From positions 2,917 to 66,916 of the forward strand of contig CAYJEV010000001.1 of the NCBI GenBank assembly GCA_964369265.1: a stretch of DNA of 64,000 nucleotides, given 5' to 3'. How positions within the stretch are numbered: the first letter of the stretch is position 1; each line of letters starts with the position of its first letter. The notes under the pieces are model-generated. The model was not told the origin of the DNA. It saw only the letters and a list, made by a program, of their open reading frames with translations, and made no database searches. Made by a program: the position numbers and the translations under genes. Of the stretch, positions 56,871 to 64,000 are shown in pieces. The DNA is from an uncultured Oscillospiraceae bacterium. Its GTDB lineage: Bacteria > Bacillota > Clostridia > Oscillospirales > Ruminococcaceae.

Positions 56871-58454
56871 ATGCCAATAATAGTATCGGGTATTAAACTA
56901 CCAATAGAAACAAACGAAAACGAAGCAAAGCAAATCGCAATAAATAAATTAAATCTTAAACAAGAGGATATTTCCTCTGTTAACATCGCTAAAAAATCTG
57001 TTGATGCAAGAAGAGGGGAGCTTTCATTTGTTTATTCTGTTGCAATAGAGTGCCAAAATAAAAATGAAAAAGACATAGCAGAAAAAGCGTCTAACAATCA
57101 AATAGCGTATAAAGAGAAAAGAGAGTTAATCTTTAAGCATGGCGATAAAAAAATGCAAAATCAGCCAATTATTATTGGTTTCGGGCCTGCTGGAATGTTT
57201 GCTGGCTTAATATTAGCTCGAGAAGGCTTTAAGCCTATCATAATTGAGCGTGGTGGAGATGTTGAGGCGCGAGTAAAGGCTGTTGAGGGGTTTTGGAGTG
57301 GCGATAAACTTGACACAGAATGCAATGTGCAGTTTGGAGAGGGCGGAGCTGGAACGTTTTCAGATGGAAAGCTCACAACAAGGATTGGAGACTTTAGAAG
57401 CGAGTTTGTTCTTAGGGAGTTTGTGAAGTTTGGTGCTCCAGACAATATCCTATTTAAAGCAAAGCCTCATATAGGCACAGACAAGCTAAGGAGTGTTGTT
57501 AAGAAGCTAAGAGAAGAGATAATATCTCTTGGTGGCGAACTGCATTTTAATACTCTTGTTGAAAATGTTAAAATAAAAGAAAATAAAATAAAAGCTGTTT
57601 CAACAACAAAAGGCGAGTTTAAGTCAGAGTGCGTAATTTTGGCGATAGGACATAGTGCAAGAGATAGCTTTTATATGCTGAACAATAATAATGTGCCTAT
57701 GACAAATAAACCGTTTTCAGTAGGCACAAGAATAGAACACCTTCAATCAAGCTTAGACAAATCATTATATGGCAAGTTTGCTGGGCATCCTAAGCTGCCA
57801 GTTGGCGAATATCAGTTATCTCAACGCTTTGGTGATGTTGGTGTGTACACATTTTGTATGTGTCCAGGAGGTGTTGTAGTTCCAGCATCGTCTGAAGAGG
57901 GTAGAATTGCTGTCAATGGCATGAGCGAATATGCGCGAAACACAAAAAATGCAAATTCTGCCTTTGTTGTTTCTGTAAATCAAGATATATTTGGAGCTAA
58001 TTGGGATGATGGCATTAAGTTTCAAAGGTCGCTTGAGGAGAAGGCTTTTCTTTTAGGTGGTGGCAACTATGTTGCGCCAGCAGAAACTGTTGGAAGCTTT
58101 CTTGGCGATAAAACGTCCATTTCATTAGTAACTCCGAGTTATGCAAGAGGGGTGAAAGAAGTATCGCTATCTGAGTTGTTCCCAAAAGAGATGACACAGC
58201 TAATGAAACAAACTTTGCCTGTATTTGCAAGAAAGTTAGCTTGCTTTGGGGATAAATCTGCTGTTATGACAGGGGTTGAAACAAGAACTTCTTCTCCAGT
58301 TAAAATTCAAAGAAACGAAAACTTTGAAAGTGTTGGAGTGGCTGGATTGTTTCCTTGTGGTGAGGGAGCTGGATATGCTGGTGGAATTATGAGTGCAGCT
58401 ATAGATGGAATAAAAGTTGCTGAGAGGATAATATCTGAATATTGTATAGATTAG
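56871..58454 (+). CDS. FAD-dependent oxidoreductase of unknown function (COG2509-like)
   Basis: Dinucleotide-binding motif IIIGFGPAGMFAG. ATG 56871 follows GGAG; the ORF track starts at 56859. Confidence 0.7.
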   Translation: MPIIVSGIKLPIETNENEAKQIAINKLNLKQEDISSVNIAKKSVDARRGELSFVYSVAIECQNKNEKDIAEKASNNQIAYKEKRELIFKHGDKKMQNQPIIIGFGPAGMFAGLILAREGFKPIIIERGGDVEARVKAVEGFWSGDKLDTECNVQFGEGGAGTFSDGKLTTRIGDFRSEFVLREFVKFGAPDNILFKAKPHIGTDKLRSVVKKLREEIISLGGELHFNTLVENVKIKENKIKAVSTTKGEFKSECVILAIGHSARDSFYMLNNNNVPMTNKPFSVGTRIEHLQSSLDKSLYGKFAGHPKLPVGEYQLSQRFGDVGVYTFCMCPGGVVVPASSEEGRIAVNGMSEYARNTKNANSAFVVSVNQDIFGANWDDGIKFQRSLEEKAFLLGGGNYVAPAETVGSFLGDKTSISLVTPSYARGVKEVSLSELFPKEMTQLMKQTLPVFARKLACFGDKSAVMTGVETRTSSPVKIQRNENFESVGVAGLFPCGEGAGYAGGIMSAAIDGIKVAERIISEYCID

Positions 58455-58638
58455 TATAATTATGCCTGTAAATGATAAATTTATAGGCATAAAACATTGA
58501 ATTATTTGTATAATTATGTTATAATTATAAGAATTGAACAATTTATATTAAGCTTTATATATTATATATAGATTAAATCAACATTGTTGACAATATTATT
58601 GTTTTTGTATAAACAATGTTTGCGAGGAGGGAATAGCT

Positions 58639-60663
58639 ATGAAATACTGGAAGTTTAATGAGCCTACATTAGCTGATGTAAGTGAGATTAGTAATAGATT
58701 AAATGTACCAACTTTAGTTGGTGGTGTTATGGCTAGTAGAGGGATTTCAGTTGAGGAGGCATATTCTTTTCTTAATTCAAACAAACTGCATAACCCTTAT
58801 CTAATGAAAGGGATGAATGAGGCAGTTGCCCTAATAAGGGATGCAATTGAAAATGACAAAATGGTAGCGGTTTTTGGCGATTATGATTGTGATGGTGTAA
58901 CCTCAACCGCTATATTGAACGACTACTTAAATAATATTGGTTGTAACTCTATTTTTTATATTCCACATAGAGAAGAAGAAGGTTACGGAATAAATATCAA
59001 AGCTGTTGAAGAGCTTCATAAAATGGGTGTTGAGCTAATCATAACAGTTGATAATGGAATAAGTGCTATTGATGAGATAGCTAGGGCGAAGGAGCTTGGT
59101 ATAACTGTAGTTGTTACTGATCATCATATGCCAAGGGAAATCTTGCCATCAGCAGATGCAATAATAAATCCGCATCAAGAGGGTTGTGACTATCCTTTTA
59201 AAGAGCTTTCAGGGGTTGGTGTTGCTTTTAAGCTTATTTGTGCTTTAGAAGATGATGTTGATTGTTATGAAACGCTTCATGAATATTGTGATTTAGTAGC
59301 TATAGGAACTGTAGCAGATATAGTTGAGCTAAAAGATGAAAACAGAATATTTGTTCGTGAGGGTGTAGTATCCCTTCGCGACCCTCATAGAATAGGGCTT
59401 AGAAGGCTTATGGATATTGCTGCTATTGACACAAATAGTTTAACTTCTGAAACTATAGCATTTTCAATCGCACCAAGAATAAATTCTGTCGGCAGGCTTG
59501 ACTCGGCTGAAATGGCTGTTTTGCTGCTACTGACTGAAGATATTAGAGAGGCTGACGACATTATATCTCAAATGCAACAACATAATGCAGACAGAAAATC
59601 AATTGAAAGAGAAATCTTTTTGAGTGTTCAAAAGAAAGTGAATGAACACCCAGAAATATTAAATGATAGAGTATTGGTGTTTTATGGAGAAGACTGGAAT
59701 GCTGGGGTTATAGGGATTGTCGCTTCAAGAGTTGTTAATGCATATGGAAAGCCGACAATTATAATTTCAAAAGGCGAAAATGAAGCTAAAGCTTCTGGTA
59801 GAAGTGTTGAAGGCTTCTCGCTAATTGATGCTATATTTGCTTCTAGTAATTTACTAACTAAATATGGCGGACATCCAATGGCAGCTGGACTTTCGCTTTT
59901 AAATGAAAATATTGATAAGTTTATATTTAGAATAAACAGCTATGCAAAAGAGCATTATTTTAAGATGCCTGTAGATTCAATTTCGGTCGACTATATATGT
60001 TCGCCTTCTGAAATAAATATAAACAGCATTAAGAATATAGCTAGGCTTGAGCCTTTTGGAGCTGGGAATGAAAAGCCTTTGTTTTGCTTGCAGAACGTTG
60101 CTATAACAAAAATACAATCACTATCTGAAGGAAAGCATCAAAAAATTACTGTTCAAAAAGAGGATGAAAGCTTTGAGATCCTGTTCTTCTCACGCTCAAG
60201 GGAAAGTATACCATTTACTATTGGCGATATAATTGACATAACTTTTACCCTCTCAATCAATACATATAATGGAGCTGAGAAGATATCCTTAAAAGGCGTT
60301 GATATGCATATTAGCAATTTGAATCAAGAGAATTATTTTGAGGGAGTAGCTTTATTTGATAATTATAAGCGAAATGAGCTTTGTGGTGCTGGCTTTGTTC
60401 CTAGTCGTGATGAGTTTGCAGAAGTTTATAAATACATACGTTCAAAAAGACGACTTGAAGCAAATAGCCAAAAGATACATCTAGGCTGTTCTAACGGTGA
60501 AATGCCTTATATAAATTTCCTAATAGCATTAGAGGCTATGATAGAGCTTAAGTTGATATCTAAAGTCGAGGGGCATATAATAATAAACCCTGTGACTGAG
60601 AAAGTATCTCTTGAAAGTTCAAAAGTGATAAGGAGTTTGATGGAAAATGAAACCAAAAGTTAA
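58639..60663 (+). CDS. recJ: single-stranded-DNA-specific exonuclease RecJ
   Basis: DHH-family motifs FGDYDCDGV and VVVTDHHMP. Confidence 0.9.
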   Translation: MKYWKFNEPTLADVSEISNRLNVPTLVGGVMASRGISVEEAYSFLNSNKLHNPYLMKGMNEAVALIRDAIENDKMVAVFGDYDCDGVTSTAILNDYLNNIGCNSIFYIPHREEEGYGINIKAVEELHKMGVELIITVDNGISAIDEIARAKELGITVVVTDHHMPREILPSADAIINPHQEGCDYPFKELSGVGVAFKLICALEDDVDCYETLHEYCDLVAIGTVADIVELKDENRIFVREGVVSLRDPHRIGLRRLMDIAAIDTNSLTSETIAFSIAPRINSVGRLDSAEMAVLLLLTEDIREADDIISQMQQHNADRKSIEREIFLSVQKKVNEHPEILNDRVLVFYGEDWNAGVIGIVASRVVNAYGKPTIIISKGENEAKASGRSVEGFSLIDAIFASSNLLTKYGGHPMAAGLSLLNENIDKFIFRINSYAKEHYFKMPVDSISVDYICSPSEININSIKNIARLEPFGAGNEKPLFCLQNVAITKIQSLSEGKHQKITVQKEDESFEILFFSRSRESIPFTIGDIIDITFTLSINTYNGAEKISLKGVDMHISNLNQENYFEGVALFDNYKRNELCGAGFVPSRDEFAEVYKYIRSKRRLEANSQKIHLGCSNGEMPYINFLIALEAMIELKLISKVEGHIIINPVTEKVSLESSKVIRSLMENETKS

Positions 60664-62848
60664 TTATACTTATGATGAACTTGTTGCTGTCATTGAAAAA
60701 AGCGGCAGAAAGTTCAAGATGGATTTATTAAAAAAAGCCTATGACTTAGCCTACGAGGCACATGGCGATCAAAGAAGAAAGTCAGGTGAGTTATATATTA
60801 CTCATCCTGTTTCTGTTGCTGTTATATTAGTTGAGCTGGGCATGGATTCAGAATCTTTGATAGCAGCTCTGCTTCATGATGTAGTCGAAGATACTCATGT
60901 ACCATTATCACAAATTGAATCTGATTTTGGTGCAGAAGTAGCTTTGCTAGTTAATGGTGTTACAAAGCTTGGACAAATTCCATACTCTGATAGAGAGAAA
61001 GAGCAAGCAGAGAATATTAGAAAAATGCTCTTAGCTATGGCTCAAGATATAAGAGTAATGATAATAAAGCTTGCTGATAGGCTTCATAACGCAAGAACCT
61101 TTGAGTTCTTATCTGATGAAAAGGCTAGATATAAATCCAAAGAAACTATGGAGATATATGCCCCAATAGCTCATAGGCTCGGTATGAAGACTGTAAAAGA
61201 GGAGCTAGAGGATATATCTCTAAGATATCTAGATCCTATTGCATATAATGAAATAGAAAGCCAGCTAGCTCTTAGAAAAGGCGAGAGAACAAGCTTTATT
61301 GACTCAATCAAAGAGAGAATAAAAGAGCGAGTTGACGCTGTTATTCCCGATGCAATGATAGAGGGACGTGTTAAAAGCACATATGGCATATATCGAAAAG
61401 TGTATTTGCAAGGACGTTCGATTGATGAAATATTTGATGTATATGCAGTTAGAGTAATAGTCGATAATGTTGGCGAATGTTATAATGTGCTTGGTATAGT
61501 TCATGACATGTTCCAGCCAATCCCAAACAGATTTAAAGATTATATCTCAACTCCAAAGCAAAATATGTATCAATCGCTTCATACAACTGTTTTTGATAAG
61601 CATGGAATACCTTTTGAAATACAAATTAGAACTTGGGATATGCACTACACAGCCGAATATGGTATTGCAGCACACTGGAAGTATAAATCAGGAATAGCTA
61701 GCAAGGATAAACTAGAGGAGAGAATAGCTTGGGTTCGTCAGCTTATTGAAAATCAACAAGATGGCGAAGATGCAGAGGAAATTATTCGCTCTATTAAGTC
61801 TGACATAGCTCCTGATGAAGTTTTTGTGTTCACTCCAAAAGGCGATGTAGTAAACTTGCCAACAGGTGCAACAGTTATTGACTTTGCTTATGCTATACAC
61901 TCTGGCGTTGGAAATAGAATGTCTGGTGCCAAAGTTGATGGAAAGATTGTGCCATTTGATTTTGAAGTTCAGACAGGTATGATAGTTGAGATTATAACAA
62001 AATCAACTGAGCAACCAAATAGAGATTGGTTAAGTATAGTTAAAACAAGCGAAGCAAGAAGCAAAATTCGAAACTGGTTTAAGAGAGAAAAGCGCCCTGA
62101 GAATATTGAAGAGGGCAAAAACCAAGTTGAGAAAGAGTTTAAGCGAAACAGTATACATTTAGAGGGTGAAGCTCTTGAGAAATTCTTGCTTGAGGAAACC
62201 AAGAGACAAAAAATCAATAGCGTTGCTGATTTTTATGCAGCAATTGGTTATGGCGGTCTTTCTCTCGCTAAGATACTTCCAAGACTTAAAGAAACCTATC
62301 TAAAAAACACTAAATCAAAGCAAGCTGAAACAGCAACAGTAACCATCAACGATGTAGTTAACACGTCAAAGCCTGAAAAATCCAAAAAAGCTTCAAGCGG
62401 TGTTATAGTCGAAGGGCTTGATAGTTGCTTAGTTAAATTCGCTAAATGTTGTAATCCGGTTCCTGGTGATAATATAGTTGGATTTATCACAAGAGGAGCG
62501 GGCGTTTCAATCCATAAAACAGATTGTATTAACTACACTTCCTCAATCAGAGATGAAGAGCAGAAGGAAAGATGGGTTAAAACTAGCTGGGCAAACACAG
62601 TTAAGGAAAGTTTCCATTCCTCGCTTGATATATTATGCGCAACTCGTGGTGGATTATTTGCTGATATTAGTGTTGCACTTAATAACCTTAGAGTGCCTGT
62701 AAATGCAATTATGGGTAAGGATCAAAAAGATAATACAACTATAATACAATTAACGATTACTGTTTCTGATATAAATCAGCTTACTTATGTTATAAATTCT
62801 CTGAAAAACATTTCAGGTGTGTTAGCGATAAGTCGTGCAGTAGGGTAG
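60647..62848 (+). CDS. relA: bifunctional (p)ppGpp synthetase/hydrolase (Rel/RSH)
   Basis: HD hydrolase HDVVEDT, synthetase region RFKDYISTPKQNMYQSLHTTV, and TGS and ACT-like C-terminal domains. Confidence 0.9.
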   Translation: MKPKVNYTYDELVAVIEKSGRKFKMDLLKKAYDLAYEAHGDQRRKSGELYITHPVSVAVILVELGMDSESLIAALLHDVVEDTHVPLSQIESDFGAEVALLVNGVTKLGQIPYSDREKEQAENIRKMLLAMAQDIRVMIIKLADRLHNARTFEFLSDEKARYKSKETMEIYAPIAHRLGMKTVKEELEDISLRYLDPIAYNEIESQLALRKGERTSFIDSIKERIKERVDAVIPDAMIEGRVKSTYGIYRKVYLQGRSIDEIFDVYAVRVIVDNVGECYNVLGIVHDMFQPIPNRFKDYISTPKQNMYQSLHTTVFDKHGIPFEIQIRTWDMHYTAEYGIAAHWKYKSGIASKDKLEERIAWVRQLIENQQDGEDAEEIIRSIKSDIAPDEVFVFTPKGDVVNLPTGATVIDFAYAIHSGVGNRMSGAKVDGKIVPFDFEVQTGMIVEIITKSTEQPNRDWLSIVKTSEARSKIRNWFKREKRPENIEEGKNQVEKEFKRNSIHLEGEALEKFLLEETKRQKINSVADFYAAIGYGGLSLAKILPRLKETYLKNTKSKQAETATVTINDVVNTSKPEKSKKASSGVIVEGLDSCLVKFAKCCNPVPGDNIVGFITRGAGVSIHKTDCINYTSSIRDEEQKERWVKTSWANTVKESFHSSLDILCATRGGLFADISVALNNLRVPVNAIMGKDQKDNTTIIQLTITVSDINQLTYVINSLKNISGVLAISRAVG

Positions 62849-62856
62849 GGGGACAA

Positions 62857-63324
62857 ATGAGAGCAGTAGTTCAGAGAGTTAGTAGTGCAAATGTAGTGAT
62901 TGATAGCAAGCTGCATAGCCAAATAAACACAGGATTAATGGTGCTTCTTGGTGTGAAAGATGGTGACACAAAAAAGGAAGCGGATTACCTTGCTTCTAAA
63001 GTTGCAGGTCTTAGAATTTTCACAGATGAGAATGATAAAATGAATTTATCTGTGAATGATGTTGATGGTGAGATACTAGTTGTTTCCAATTTCACACTAT
63101 ATGGTGATTGCAAAAAAGGAAAGCGTCCATCTTTTATTTCAGCGGCAGTGCCTAATATTGCCAATCCACTATATGAGTATTTTTGTGAAAAACTTCTTTC
63201 AGAGGGAGTTAAGAATGTAGAAAAGGGCGTTTTTGGAGCTGATATGAAAGTATCTATAACTAATGATGGACCTGTGACAATAATTTTAGATACTGAAGAG
63301 ATGATGCCAAAGGGCAAGGTATAA
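62857..63324 (+). CDS. dtd: D-aminoacyl-tRNA deacylase
   Basis: MRAVVQRV N-terminus and SNFTLYGD motif. Position after relA is conserved. Confidence 0.9.
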   Translation: MRAVVQRVSSANVVIDSKLHSQINTGLMVLLGVKDGDTKKEADYLASKVAGLRIFTDENDKMNLSVNDVDGEILVVSNFTLYGDCKKGKRPSFISAAVPNIANPLYEYFCEKLLSEGVKNVEKGVFGADMKVSITNDGPVTIILDTEEMMPKGKV

Positions 63325-63335
63325 AAGGAGAAACT

Positions 63336-63974
63336 ATGACAGTTAAAAATTTAAAAATTGGACCAATTCAGACTAATTGCTATATTGCATACGACAACAA
63401 TAAAGTTGGATTTGTTGTTGACCCGCCGCTTTATGGAGAAAAGATAAATGATTACCTAAAAGAGAACGGCATTACAATAACTCATATACTTTTAACACAT
63501 GCTCATTTTGATCATGTTGGGGGTGTAAAAAAACTAAAAGCACTTAACCCTAATGCAGTTGTTGTAATAGGTCAACCTGATGCAGAGGCAGTAGGTTATG
63601 TTAGCGATAGCTTTAGGGTTGCTATAAGAGCTTATATTGACGATTATACCGACATTCCTTTGAACGAATTTGTTGTCGATGGTGATAAGATAATAAGCGG
63701 AGATATGGAAATATCTGTCCTTTCAACACCAGGACATACAAGAGGGGGAGTATGCTATTTAGTGGAGAATAATATCTTCACAGGCGATACTCTTTTCAAG
63801 CAAGAAGTTGGTAGATGTGATTTAGATGGTGGTGACTACCATACTATACTGCGTTCTGTTAAAAGGCTTGCAGCCCTTCCTGGCGACTATATTGTATATC
63901 CAGGACATGAAGATTTCAGTACAATGGAGCATGAACGTGTGTATAACCGCTATATAAAATCTAACGAGGTATAA
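63336..63974 (+). CDS. MBL-fold metallo-hydrolase
   Basis: LLTHAHFDHVGG (HxHxDH) motif; 212 aa. Confidence 0.8.
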   Translation: MTVKNLKIGPIQTNCYIAYDNNKVGFVVDPPLYGEKINDYLKENGITITHILLTHAHFDHVGGVKKLKALNPNAVVVIGQPDAEAVGYVSDSFRVAIRAYIDDYTDIPLNEFVVDGDKIISGDMEISVLSTPGHTRGGVCYLVENNIFTGDTLFKQEVGRCDLDGGDYHTILRSVKRLAALPGDYIVYPGHEDFSTMEHERVYNRYIKSNEV

Positions 63975-64000
63975 TATTGAGCATTCTAAATAGGGAGATA

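Noticed and set aside
58580-58620. Inverted repeat AACATTGTT / AACAATGTT bracketing a TTGACA upstream of recJ
   Set aside because: The -10 partner is poor (TATAAA at 15-nt spacing), and 9-bp AT-rich inverted repeats are expected by chance at this composition. The element is possibly regulatory but unsupported.

Overview
This is an AT-rich chromosomal core segment of a low-GC Firmicute. Spo0A, NfnAB and a selenoprotein glycine reductase suggest a strictly anaerobic, amino-acid-fermenting member of Clostridia or Tissierellia. It holds about 55 genes, nearly all on the + strand, in conserved housekeeping blocks. In order: trmH-like/dprA/topA/trmFO; plsX/rnc/radical-SAM/smc/ftsY; rdgB; yhbY/nadD-yqeK/rsfS/leuS; purF/carA/carB; nadE; a cobalamin-riboswitch-controlled BtuFCD-type importer; spo0A (-); GNAT/murE/femX. 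Then HAD/recD2/comFC/mreB; MFS/class-V aminotransferase; a glycine reductase operon under a tandem glycine riboswitch, grdX-grdE-grdB(Sec)-trxB-trxA-grdA(Sec)-grdC-grdD; nfnAB and ddh (-); divIVA-like/ispD/ispF/cdaA/cdaR; an FAD oxidoreductase; recJ/relA/dtd/MBL hydrolase. I saw no rRNA or tRNA genes, transposases, integrases, CRISPR arrays or recognisable defence or toxin modules. I did not find a clear multi-gene novel system. Five items are not explained by ordinary annotation. (1) carB carries an in-frame C-terminal DapF-like domain that appears to lack its second catalytic Cys. (2) A strong promoter drives about 220 nt of structured RNA that I cannot classify upstream of an unusual purF-carA-carB operon. 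(3) A 77-nt near-perfect direct repeat flanks a GC-rich hairpin module immediately upstream of comFC. (4) A 31-codon hydrophobic ORF with a strong RBS is missing from the ORF track. (5) There are two further gene-level oddities: a NadD-YqeK fusion and an atypical thioredoxin motif. Two in-frame UGA codons in grdB and grdA are selenocysteine codons, not gene breaks. All motif and structure calls were made by eye and need computational confirmation.
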